A DNA stretch of 64,000 nucleotides, taken from contig OZ223300.1 of the NCBI GenBank assembly GCA_965140705.1, positions 288,001 through 352,000 on the forward strand, given 5' to 3'. The notes below the pieces were generated by a model. That model was not told the origin of the DNA. It saw nothing but the letters and a program-made list of their open reading frames with translations, and did not search any database. Of the stretch, positions 1 through 9,381 are shown piece by piece. The position numbers and the translations under genes are program-made. The DNA is from an uncultured Arcobacter sp. (GTDB taxonomy: Bacteria > Campylobacterota > Campylobacteria > Campylobacterales > Arcobacteraceae). The stretch's first letter is position 1. The number at the start of each line of letters is the position of its first letter.

Positions 1-1056
1 TCTGGTAAAAAGCCTGGAGGAATGGCTATCGCGATTATTGTTGTGGGTATTCTTATGGGTGCATCAACAGGAATTGTAGGGGCAACAGTTGTTACTCTAA
101 CAATGATTTCTCTTCCTACACTTTTACGAAGAAACTATAGTCATAGTGTTTCGTGTGGTACTATTTGTGCTTCTGGAACATTGGGACAAATTTTACCTCC
201 TAGTTTAGTTCTTATATTATTGGCAGATATTAGTGGAGAAGCCATAGGGCCTCTTTTTGCTGCTGCTTTAGTTCCAGGGTTACTTTTAGCTTGTATGTAT
301 ATTTTATATATTGTTTTTTTGAGTTGGTTTTTCCCTCAACATGTGCCACCAATTGATATTGAAGAGAGAGAATCTTATTCAAGAAAAGAGTTATGGATAG
401 AGTTTATAAAATCAGTTGCACCACCTTTTATTTTAATCTTTGCAGTTTTAGGCTCTATCATTGGAGGACTTGCAGCTCCTACAGAAGCTGCTTCAATGGG
501 AGCAATAGGCTCACTTGTGATAGTTTTTTTAAGTAAAAGATTAAGTATGGAAGTCTTGAGGGAAACCTTATACGAAACTATGAAAGTAACTGGTATGATT
601 ATGTTCGTTTTATTGGCTTCTCAAATATTTGGGCTGAGCTTTAGAGGATTAGAGGGAGATTATTTAGTAGAAGATCTTTTCGCCGCAATTCCAGGGGGAA
701 TGTGGGGTTCTATTATTTTTATGATGTTTGTACTTTTTGTATTAGGGTTCTTTTTAGAATGGATTGAAATCTCTTATATTGTATTGCCATTGGTTTTACC
801 TATATTTCATGCTTTGGATATAAATATGATATGGCTAGGTATTTTAGTTGCACTAAATTTACAAACTTCATTTTTAACTCCACCTTTTGGTTGGTCCTTA
901 TTTTTCTTAAAGGGAGTTGCTCCTAAAGAGATAAAGACTATGGAGATATATAAAGGTGTTTTACCTTTTATTGGAATTCAGATTTTTGTTATTGGATTAG
1001 TGATGCTTTTTCCAGATATTGCTTTATGGTTACCAAAAGCAATTGGATGGATGTAA
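1..1056 (+). CDS. dctM: TRAP transporter large permease (DctM family), 5'-truncated by window edge
   Basis: Frame is open from base 1 (SGKKPGG-M...). Motifs SGTLGQILPPS, PTEAASMGA, GFFLEWIEI and LQTSFLTPPFG; highly hydrophobic. Confidence 0.9.
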   Translation, partial: SGKKPGGMAIAIIVVGILMGASTGIVGATVVTLTMISLPTLLRRNYSHSVSCGTICASGTLGQILPPSLVLILLADISGEAIGPLFAAALVPGLLLACMYILYIVFLSWFFPQHVPPIDIEERESYSRKELWIEFIKSVAPPFILIFAVLGSIIGGLAAPTEAASMGAIGSLVIVFLSKRLSMEVLRETLYETMKVTGMIMFVLLASQIFGLSFRGLEGDYLVEDLFAAIPGGMWGSIIFMMFVLFVLGFFLEWIEISYIVLPLVLPIFHALDINMIWLGILVALNLQTSFLTPPFGWSLFFLKGVAPKEIKTMEIYKGVLPFIGIQIFVIGLVMLFPDIALWLPKAIGWM

Positions 1057-1108
1057 GAAGAAAATAAACTAATTATAATAAAATGCTACAAAGGATATTT
1101 AAATAAAT

Positions 1109-2701
1109 ATGGATAAATTACTTAAAACACAAACTTCACAAGAAGGAATGGTAGTCTCACCCCATCATGCAGCTTCAGATGCAGGACTTGAGATATTAAA
1201 AAAAGGTGGCAATGCAATTGAAGCTTCAATTGCAGTTGCTTCTTCTTTAGCAATACATTATCCTCACATGACAGGTATTGGAGGAGATGCCTTTTGGTTA
1301 GTTTACGACCCCAAAGAAGGTGTTTCTTTTATAGAGGCCTCTGGGTATTCTGGATATGATGTAAAAAAAGAGTTATATGAAGGATTAAATGAAATACCTT
1401 TTAGGGGAAAATTAGCAGCAAATACAGCAGCTGGAGCAGTTTCTGCTTGGGACTTAGCTTTTGAGAAAAGTAAAACTTGGAGTGGGGAAATGACTCCAGC
1501 AACTCTTCTTTCTGAGGCAATAAGTTCTGCAAATAATGGTATTAAAGTAAGTAAATCATTAAGTGAAACCTTAAAAGAAAAACAAGCAGAACTTCAAGCT
1601 GATACTTTTTTTGAAAGTGTTTATTATCCAAATAAAGAAGTTCCAAAAGAGGGTGATTTCTTAATCCAAAAAGCATTGGGTGAAACATTAAAAAGAATTT
1701 CGGAAGAGGGGTTTGATACCTTTTATAGGGGTTCTTTATCAGAAGATATAGCAAATGATTTTTCAAAAAGGGAAGGATTTATAACTCTTAATGATTTAAA
1801 TAACCATTATGCAAGTTGGAATAAGGCACTAGAATTACAAACTTCACAAGCAAAACTATTTAATGCTTCAGCTCCTACGCAAGGTGTGGCTTCTTTGATG
1901 ATTTTGGGATTATTTGATCGTTGGGTAGAAAAATTGCCCCAATTGGATTCTTCTAATCATGTACATTTGTTAGTAGAAGCTACAAAAATAGCTTTTTCTC
2001 ATAGGGCAAAAATGGATACTTCGGCAAGTGCAGAAGAGTTACAAGCTTGGTTGGAACCAGAATATTTAGATAAATTAAGTGAAAAAATTGATTTACAAAA
2101 AGCTAAAGCTTGGGGCAAAGAAACAGCTCCTGGTGATACTACTTGGTTTGGAGCTGTTGATTCCCAAGGTAGAGTTGTAAGTGCTATTCAAAGTATTTAT
2201 CATGAGTTTGGTAGTGGTTTGATGTTACCTAAGACTGGTATTGTTTGGCAAAATAGAGGATGTAGTTTTTCTTTGGATTCTTCACATATTCAAACTTTGA
2301 TGCCACATAAAAAACCTTTTCATACTTTAAATCCTGCTATTGCTTTATTTAATGATGGAAGAGTGATGGCATATGGAACAATGGGTGGAGATGGACAACC
2401 TCAAACCCAAGCAGCTGTATATTCAAGATATGCATATTATAATGATGACTTGCAAACTACTATTAATAAACCAAGATGGTTATTAGGTAGAACTTGGGGA
2501 AATTCATCTGAGAGTTTAAAACTAGAGTCTCGTTTTCCCCTTGATTGTCAAGAAGATTTAATAAAAAAAGGGCATGAGGTAGAGATTTTATCATCTCTTG
2601 ATTCTGCTGTTGGACATGCAGGTGCAATAGTATGGCATCCTAATGGACAAATAGAGGGTGCAAGTGACCCCAGAAGTGATGGAAAAGCATCAAATTTATA
2701 A
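1109..2701 (+). CDS. Gamma-glutamyltranspeptidase-family Ntn hydrolase, HpxW-like oxamate amidohydrolase
   Basis: GGNAIEA, YPHMTGIGGDAF, autocleavage Thr in GDTTW, QSIYHEFGSG, WQNRG, PFHTLNP, MGGDGQPQTQ, PRWLLGRTWG, ASDPRSDG. The later motifs match Klebsiella HpxW as recalled. Confidence 0.85.
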   Translation: MDKLLKTQTSQEGMVVSPHHAASDAGLEILKKGGNAIEASIAVASSLAIHYPHMTGIGGDAFWLVYDPKEGVSFIEASGYSGYDVKKELYEGLNEIPFRGKLAANTAAGAVSAWDLAFEKSKTWSGEMTPATLLSEAISSANNGIKVSKSLSETLKEKQAELQADTFFESVYYPNKEVPKEGDFLIQKALGETLKRISEEGFDTFYRGSLSEDIANDFSKREGFITLNDLNNHYASWNKALELQTSQAKLFNASAPTQGVASLMILGLFDRWVEKLPQLDSSNHVHLLVEATKIAFSHRAKMDTSASAEELQAWLEPEYLDKLSEKIDLQKAKAWGKETAPGDTTWFGAVDSQGRVVSAIQSIYHEFGSGLMLPKTGIVWQNRGCSFSLDSSHIQTLMPHKKPFHTLNPAIALFNDGRVMAYGTMGGDGQPQTQAAVYSRYAYYNDDLQTTINKPRWLLGRTWGNSSESLKLESRFPLDCQEDLIKKGHEVEILSSLDSAVGHAGAIVWHPNGQIEGASDPRSDGKASNL

Positions 2702-2719
2702 AAATAAGGATAAAAATTA

Positions 2720-3526
2720 ATGAATGAATTATTAGTGCTATTACCCATTCTTTTAGCATCTGGTGTAATAGCAGGTTTATTGGCAGGCTTATTAGGAGTT
2801 GGTGGAGGTATTGTTATAGTACCAATGCTTTATCATATATTTATTTATTTAAATATTGATATTACAGTTGCAATTCCACTATCAATTGGTACTTCACTAT
2901 CTACAATTGTAGTTACTTCTATTATGTCTGCAAGATCACACCATAAAAAAGGTGGAATAGATTGGGATTTAACTAAAAGATGGATACCTCTTGTTATTAT
3001 TGGAGTACTATTAGGTTCTTTTTCTTCTAAATATATTGATGCTTCTACTTTAAAATTTATGTTTGGTATCTTATTGGTAGTAGTTTCACTAAATATGATA
3101 ATAAGTAGTTTCAAAAGTATAATTATAGCTAAGCAGTTACCTGGTAATTTTGGGCAATCGATTTTTGGATTATTATTAGGTGGATTTGCTTCACTTTTAG
3201 GAATAGGGGGAGGAACTCTTATGGTTCCACTATTAACGCTTTTTTCTTATCCAATACATAAAGCTGTAAGTACAGCTTCAATATTTGGTTTGGTTATTAG
3301 TATTCCAGCAACTATTGGTTATATTATTGTTGGTTGGGGTGCTCCAAATCTACCTGTAGGCTCTACTGGATATGTAAATTGGATTGGATTTATTGCACTT
3401 GTTCCTATGACTATGTTATTTGCTCCTTTGGGAGTAAAGTTAGCATATAGGCTTAATGTAAAGCAATTAAAAGTAGCTTTTGCTGTTTTTTTAGCTTGTG
3501 TTGGGGTAAAAATGCTTTTAGTGTAA
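2720..3526 (+). CDS. TSUP / TauE-SafE family membrane exporter
   Basis: Two GLLG(V/I)GGG..VP repeats and GTSL; about 8 TM helices. Confidence 0.88.
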   Translation: MNELLVLLPILLASGVIAGLLAGLLGVGGGIVIVPMLYHIFIYLNIDITVAIPLSIGTSLSTIVVTSIMSARSHHKKGGIDWDLTKRWIPLVIIGVLLGSFSSKYIDASTLKFMFGILLVVVSLNMIISSFKSIIIAKQLPGNFGQSIFGLLLGGFASLLGIGGGTLMVPLLTLFSYPIHKAVSTASIFGLVISIPATIGYIIVGWGAPNLPVGSTGYVNWIGFIALVPMTMLFAPLGVKLAYRLNVKQLKVAFAVFLACVGVKMLLV

Positions 3527-3540
3527 GTACTTAAATAAGT

Positions 3541-3572
3541 AAGACAAATAAGAGAATTCTCTTATTTGTCTT
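3541..3572. terminator. Perfect 32-bp palindrome, probable bidirectional terminator
   Basis: aagacaaataagagaa|ttctcttatttgtctt lies between convergent genes. Confidence 0.7.
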
Positions 3573-3663
3573 TATCTTCAATTCTTTGTTTATAATAAGC
3601 AAAGCCAATTACTGCAAGTGCAATAATTATAAATCCAATAATTTCATTTTGTAAATCTGACAT
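3562..3663 (-). CDS. 33-aa single-pass membrane peptide (absent from ORF track)
   Basis: MSDLQNEIIGFIIIALAVIGFAYYKQRIEDKDK*. AGGA lies 8 nt upstream of the ATG; starts 19 nt after the preceding gene on the same strand. Confidence 0.6.
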   Translation of the reverse strand: MSDLQNEIIGFIIIALAVIGFAYYKQRIEDKDK

Positions 3664-3682
3664 CAGCAAATCCTAAATTTCT

Positions 3683-3877
3683 TTAATCTCTTGTAAAAAT
3701 AAACGCAAAATAGCCAAATGCCATCTCTCCTAAGCTAACTATTCCCCACATTGGATTATAAATAACACCAGTAACAATAGAGATAACTAAAGCTATTACA
3801 AGGGCTACTTTAGGTTTTTCAATAAATTTTGCAAGGAGAAACCCAAGAATAACAAATATAAAAAGATAAACTAACAT
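3683..3877 (-). CDS. Small hydrophobic membrane protein (64 aa)
   Basis: 2-3 hydrophobic segments; starts 15 nt after the kinase stop. Confidence 0.65.
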   Translation of the reverse strand: MLVYLFIFVILGFLLAKFIEKPKVALVIALVISIVTGVIYNPMWGIVSLGEMAFGYFAFIFTRD

Positions 3878-3892
3878 AATAAACTCACTTTT

Positions 3893-6148
3893 TTAGATCT
3901 TACAAAAATTATTGAATGTAATCTGGAAATATGCACCTATATACTGTTTTTTATTGTAAATATAAGTGCTATTAAAAACTTCAATTGAAGCATCATGATA
4001 CTCTGTAATTATTTGATGTGACATAGATAATCCAATACCTGTACCAATACTTTTGTGTTTTGTTGTAAAGTATGGTTCAAAAACTTTGTGTAGGATATTA
4101 TCATCTATTCCCCCTGCATTATCTTTAATTACCAATATAAATTGATTATTTATTTTTTGAGATTCAATAAAAATAAGTTTTTCATCACTTTCTTTTAATC
4201 TCTCTTTTATTGCATCTTTTGAGTTATTGATAATATTAATAAATGCTTGAATAATCTGATTTTGGAAACCTTCAATTTCCCAATCATCTTTAAAATTTGT
4301 AATTAATTTTATGTGATTATTATTTATAGATGGTTTTAAAATAGTTAAAGCTTTTTCAATTGTTTCCACAATTGAGATTGTTTCTTTTATATTTGTATTT
4401 TTTATAAAGTTTCTAAAATCATCTATTGTTTGAGATAAATAATTAGTTTGTCCCATGATTTTTTCCATGTCAGAAACTATTTGGGGAGAGACTTTTTCAA
4501 CTAATTCATTTTTTAATAAAATTCCACTTGCAATTGTTGAAATCATACTAAGTGGTTGTCTCCATTGATGGGCAATATTTCCTATCATTTCACCCATAGA
4601 AGCCAGTTTTGATTGAGATTCTAATAATTTTCGTTGGGATATATCTTGGCTAATTCCTAGATAACCATAAGTTTCATTGTCTTTATTTTTTAAAGCAGTG
4701 ATTGTCATAAGTACAGGAATATGCTCTCCATTTTTTGCGATAACTGTCCATTCACTTTCATTTTTTAACCCCAAATTTGTTTTGGCCGTAAATACTTCAA
4801 AAGTTGATGTTATATTAATATTTAGCTCTTTTGATAGATAAAATTTTCTTTGTTTAATTTCAGATTTTAAATGAAAAAGTAATGGAGTATGAATATTTAC
4901 AACTTCTTTTGCTTCATATCCCAAAACTCTTTCTGCTTCTTTATTAAACTGTTGAATGATTCCATCTCTATTTGTACTTATCATCATATAGCCAGAGTTG
5001 TCAAAAATAGTAGTTTGTAACTCTAGTGCTTTGTGTAATTTTGCTTCATTTTCTTTCTCTTTTGTTAAATCATAAAACCAACCGATAGTTGCATTTTGAC
5101 CATCATATTCAATATTCATATAAGAAGCTAGTAAAAAAACTTGTTTATTTTGTATCTCTACTTCCATTATCCTATTATATATGCTATTCCCCTTAAGAAG
5201 TTCCTTTTCTATATCTTCATATGCAGTTTTAGTTGTATAATAACCTTTTGGATCCATTCCATAAACACTGTTTTGATTTATTTTTAACATCTTAGAATAA
5301 GCACTATTAGCAAAAATCACATAATCTTTATTTTTTTTATTTTTTTTGGTGATTCTTACAGCAATAGGACTTAAATCAAGTAGATATTCAAGGCGATGTT
5401 GACTTTTTTCTAAAATATTTCTAGATTCTTTTATGGATAAAATCATCTTATTAATACTTGAAGAGAGTTCATTGATTTCTGTACTTTTAGAGTAAGGAAT
5501 AGGTTTACTTGGTATCCCATGGCTATTATCATTATTAATTGCATCAATAATATTTGAAATAGGTTTTAATATATAATATTTAATACTTAAGTACAAAAAT
5601 AAAATCAATAATATAGATAAGAAAATGGTATTTACAATAGTGTTATATATGATTATATCTAGCTCTTTATTTAGAGCTGTATCGCTAAGATAAAGGGTAA
5701 TAGTACCAAGGATATTATTTGAAGAGTCAGTGATATTTGAACTATTTGAAAAAAATGAATTTGCTAATTGTTTATTTTGTTCTTCATTTTTATAATCATA
5801 GTCTTCAATAACAGAATATTTATTTTTTATTTTCCCACTTATATAAACCTTTTTACCTAATACTTTTCCTAAGTTATAATCTTTTATTACAATTGCAAAA
5901 ATATCTTTATCTTTAAGTTCATTAGTAATAATTTGTTCATATTCATTTGGAGAGTATGAAGCAAGTAATATTGAGATATTATTTTTTAGGGAAAAAATAG
6001 CATCTTTAGAGTCCTCTTTCATCTCTTTTAAAATAGAATTTTTTGTTTTTTGATAAGTATATGTTGAATTGATTATCATAATACTTACTACTAGTGTAAT
6101 AATTATTACTCCAAGTTTTGTTAATAATGAATATTCTTTTTTTTCCAT
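3893..6148 (-). CDS. Membrane PAS-domain sensor histidine kinase
   Basis: Two TMs, HAMP-like region, two PAS regions, H-box IAHQWRQPL, N-box NIINNSKDA, DNAGGI, FEPYFTTK, GTGIGL. Confidence 0.93.
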   Translation of the reverse strand: MEKKEYSLLTKLGVIIITLVVSIMIINSTYTYQKTKNSILKEMKEDSKDAIFSLKNNISILLASYSPNEYEQIITNELKDKDIFAIVIKDYNLGKVLGKKVYISGKIKNKYSVIEDYDYKNEEQNKQLANSFFSNSSNITDSSNNILGTITLYLSDTALNKELDIIIYNTIVNTIFLSILLILFLYLSIKYYILKPISNIIDAINNDNSHGIPSKPIPYSKSTEINELSSSINKMILSIKESRNILEKSQHRLEYLLDLSPIAVRITKKNKKNKDYVIFANSAYSKMLKINQNSVYGMDPKGYYTTKTAYEDIEKELLKGNSIYNRIMEVEIQNKQVFLLASYMNIEYDGQNATIGWFYDLTKEKENEAKLHKALELQTTIFDNSGYMMISTNRDGIIQQFNKEAERVLGYEAKEVVNIHTPLLFHLKSEIKQRKFYLSKELNINITSTFEVFTAKTNLGLKNESEWTVIAKNGEHIPVLMTITALKNKDNETYGYLGISQDISQRKLLESQSKLASMGEMIGNIAHQWRQPLSMISTIASGILLKNELVEKVSPQIVSDMEKIMGQTNYLSQTIDDFRNFIKNTNIKETISIVETIEKALTILKPSINNNHIKLITNFKDDWEIEGFQNQIIQAFINIINNSKDAIKERLKESDEKLIFIESQKINNQFILVIKDNAGGIDDNILHKVFEPYFTTKHKSIGTGIGLSMSHQIITEYHDASIEVFNSTYIYNKKQYIGAYFQITFNNFCKI

Positions 6149-6152
6149 ATAT

Positions 6153-7121
6153 TTAGTTGCTCTCTATACCCAAAACATTATGTTTAATAAAAGCAGTTTC
6201 CTTTTTAATATTATTTACAGTAATTATATTTACTGGAAGTTTTATTTCTTTTTTTACTTCTTTTCCTTTTATGTAATTATTCATTTGCTCTATAGCTAAT
6301 TTCCCCATATTAAAAGGTTCTTGTATTGCTGCTGCTAAAATTATATTTTGAGGGATTAACTCCAAAAATTCAGGTTCTAAATCAAAGGTTATTAGTGAGA
6401 TTTCTTTTTGTTTATTAAAATCATTTATTGCTTTTATGGCTGATTTATAAGTCTTTGAAGATTGAAGCCAAATAGCATGTAAATCAGGATATTTTTCTAT
6501 CATATCTTTTACTAATATATAAGTCTCTTCTTCTGTTCTTGTCTTTACTTGTTTTAAATCAGCACTTTTAAATGGAGACTCTTCCAATGCTAATATAAAT
6601 CCAGCTGTTCTCTTTTGTATTATATGTTTTTTTTGAGGAAGAGCTATAATTCCTACTTTACCATTTTTATAGCCTTTTTTTAATAACTCATTTGTAAGAT
6701 ATTTACCTAGTTTATATGCCCCAAGTCTATTATCTGAACAGATATATGATACATAGTTTTTACTATTTGTTCCTACATCAGAAAGAACAACTGGAATATT
6801 TGCTTTATTTGCTAGTTTTAATATGGTTTCTGCTGTATATGAATTTATAGCTGAAAGTATTATTCCATCTACTTGATCTTTTATGGCTTTTACAGTATTT
6901 TCTAACTCTTTTTTTTGATTATTCTGAGCATCTAATATTTCTAAATCATATGATAATTTAGTGCTATTTCTTCTAATTCCTTCTTTCATAATTTGCCAAA
7001 AAGGAATATTTAAATCAGCCACTAAATATGCGATCTTTTTAATTTGAATATTTTGTGCATGTAGATTTATTAGTAGTGTAAAAGGTAATAAAAATATAAT
7101 CAATTTTTTTTTTAAATACAT
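6153..7121 (-). CDS. Periplasmic sugar-binding protein (RbsB / type I PBP fold)
   Basis: Signal peptide, NIPFW, DAQNN, DGIILS, IPVVLSD, SDNRLGA, R..GF, TFD, QEPFNMG. Confidence 0.85.
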   Translation of the reverse strand: MYLKKKLIIFLLPFTLLINLHAQNIQIKKIAYLVADLNIPFWQIMKEGIRRNSTKLSYDLEILDAQNNQKKELENTVKAIKDQVDGIILSAINSYTAETILKLANKANIPVVLSDVGTNSKNYVSYICSDNRLGAYKLGKYLTNELLKKGYKNGKVGIIALPQKKHIIQKRTAGFILALEESPFKSADLKQVKTRTEEETYILVKDMIEKYPDLHAIWLQSSKTYKSAIKAINDFNKQKEISLITFDLEPEFLELIPQNIILAAAIQEPFNMGKLAIEQMNNYIKGKEVKKEIKLPVNIITVNNIKKETAFIKHNVLGIESN

Positions 7122-7299
7122 TTGTTCGTTCTTTTTTAGTTAAAATAAAATTAGCTGATTTTATCATAATATTTAAAAAAATAATATAGTATTAAATACA
7201 TACAACACTAATATAAAATATTTTGTATAATGATATATTGTATAAAATCTATACAGAGAAGACTTTAAATTAAATATAAGGATAAGATATACTAAAGTA

Positions 7300-8088
7300 A
7301 TGTTACAAAAAGATACTAAAACGGATTATTTGATTTTTACAGATTTAGATGGAACACTTTTGGACCACAAAACTTATGAATTCAATGAAGCTAAAGAGAT
7401 GCTTGAATTTATAAGTAAACAAAAAATACCTCTAATAATTGTCACAAGTAAAACAAAAGATGAGGTTATAGAATTACAAAAAAGACTAGGTATTTCTTAT
7501 CCTTTTATTATAGAAAATGGGGCTGGAATATTTATTCCAAAAGAGAAAAGTTTTGAGCTAATTTCTTTAGGTAAAAGTTATGAGACTACTATTACTTCCT
7601 TTAAAAAATATTCAAAAGAGTTCCCTATTAAGGGATTTCATGAAATGAGTGATGAAGAGGTCTCTTTATATACAGGACTTTCAAAAGATAAATCAAATAA
7701 AGCAAAAAAAAGGACTTTTAGTGAGCCTTTTATTTTAAAAGATGAGATGAATATAGAAAAGTTGAAACAATTAGTTTTAGAAGATGGCTTTGATGTGGTA
7801 AAAGGGGGAAGATTTTATCACTTAATTACTTTTGGACAAGATAAAGCAAAGGCAGTAATTGAGATGAAAAAGTATTATGAAAACTTGTATAATAAAAGTT
7901 TTAAAACAATTGCTTTAGGTGATGGTGAAAATGATATTAGCATGTTAAAAAGTGTAGATATCCCCATTTTAATAAAAAAGTATGATGGTACTTTTATAAA
8001 GTGTGAAATAAATAATCTTATAAAATCAAAATTTATTGGGCCAAAAGGTTGGAATGATAGTTTAAAAAAGGTATTAAATGTTAAATAA
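7300..8088 (+). CDS. gpgP: HAD-IIB mannosyl/glucosyl-3-phosphoglycerate phosphatase (MpgP/GpgP/YedP family)
   Basis: FTDLDGTLLD, TSKT, ENG, FSEPF, GGRFYH, DKAKAV, ALGDGEND; context next to gpgS. Confidence 0.85.
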   Translation: MLQKDTKTDYLIFTDLDGTLLDHKTYEFNEAKEMLEFISKQKIPLIIVTSKTKDEVIELQKRLGISYPFIIENGAGIFIPKEKSFELISLGKSYETTITSFKKYSKEFPIKGFHEMSDEEVSLYTGLSKDKSNKAKKRTFSEPFILKDEMNIEKLKQLVLEDGFDVVKGGRFYHLITFGQDKAKAVIEMKKYYENLYNKSFKTIALGDGENDISMLKSVDIPILIKKYDGTFIKCEINNLIKSKFIGPKGWNDSLKKVLNVK

Positions 8089-9361
8089 AAAAGAGTTAGA
8101 AGATATTTTTTTATCAGTATTAGAAGAGATTAACCCAAAAGAACTTATAAAAAAACAGTGTAAGTTTGAAAATGATAGATTTTATATAAAGGATGAATCT
8201 ATTGAGATAATAAAAAATAGAAAGATTCATATCTTAGGTTCTGGAAAAGCAGTACTTAGTATGGCTGAAGCTTTATATGAAATTATGGAAGATAAAATTG
8301 AAAAAGCTCTTTTAATAGGAGCTTATGAAAATAACTTTAAAAAACAAAATCTTACATATATAAAAAGTACCCATCCAATACCTAGTGTTAAAAGTGTAGA
8401 AGGAGCAAAGGCTTTAATAAAAGAGTTTGAATCCCTAGATGAAGATGATTTTTTTATATATTTATTATCAGGAGGAAATTCTGCTTTAGTAGAACTTCCA
8501 GCAGATGAAATAAGCCTTGAAGAGTTTCAAAAAACAACAAAATTAATGTTAGAAAACTCTATGCCTATAGAATCAATAAATTGTGTAAGAAAACATATCT
8601 CTCAAGTAAAAGGTGGAAGATTAGCAAGTCTCACAAAAGCAAAAGGAGTAGTTTTAACTCTAAGTGATGTTTTAGGGGATAATTTAGAAGCTATTGGTTC
8701 AGCACCTCTTTATTTTGATAGTACAACTTTCAAAGATGCTTTTGATGCCTTGCAAAAATATAATATCTTTGAGAAAGTACCTAATTCTGTGCAAAACTAT
8801 ATTAAAAAAGCTCTTAACTCAAAAGAATTAGAGACTCCAAAGAGTGAATCTTCAAAGATAAAACACTATTTAGTAGGTTCAAATGACATCTTACTCAATG
8901 TTGCCAAGAATCTTTTAGAAAAGAAAAATCTAAATCCAATCATAGTAGATGAAAAGATAGATGATGATGTTGAAATTGTATGTAAAAATCTTTTGCAATT
9001 TTGTAAAGAAAAAAAAGAGGGTTGTTTTATTTTTGGTGGAGAAGCAACTGTAAATGTTAGTGGTAATGGAAAAGGTGGACGAAATCAACATCTTGTTTTA
9101 AGTTTCTTAGATTCTTATCCAAAAGATCAAAATATAATCTTTTTAAGTGGGGCAAGTGATGGGATAGATGGAAATTCTGATGCTTGTGGAGCGATAATAG
9201 ATAAGAATACATTAAAAAAAGTAGAAGAGTTGAATTTAGATATAAAAGCTTATATGAAAAATTTTGATTCAAATACTTTTTTTGACAAATTAAATCAACT
9301 TTTAAAACCAGGTCCAACACATAATAATATGCTTGATATTGTGATTATACTTATAAATTAA
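8078..9361 (+). CDS. Class II (MOFRL / GckA-TtuD) glycerate kinase
   Basis: GSGKA, HPIP, LLSGGNSAL, VRKHISQVKGGRLA, SDVLGD, GGEATV, GGRNQ, DGIDG, GPTHNN. Confidence 0.9.
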   Translation: MLNKKELEDIFLSVLEEINPKELIKKQCKFENDRFYIKDESIEIIKNRKIHILGSGKAVLSMAEALYEIMEDKIEKALLIGAYENNFKKQNLTYIKSTHPIPSVKSVEGAKALIKEFESLDEDDFFIYLLSGGNSALVELPADEISLEEFQKTTKLMLENSMPIESINCVRKHISQVKGGRLASLTKAKGVVLTLSDVLGDNLEAIGSAPLYFDSTTFKDAFDALQKYNIFEKVPNSVQNYIKKALNSKELETPKSESSKIKHYLVGSNDILLNVAKNLLEKKNLNPIIVDEKIDDDVEIVCKNLLQFCKEKKEGCFIFGGEATVNVSGNGKGGRNQHLVLSFLDSYPKDQNIIFLSGASDGIDGNSDACGAIIDKNTLKKVEELNLDIKAYMKNFDSNTFFDKLNQLLKPGPTHNNMLDIVIILIN

Positions 9362-9381
9362 ATAAAACAAAGGAGATAAAA

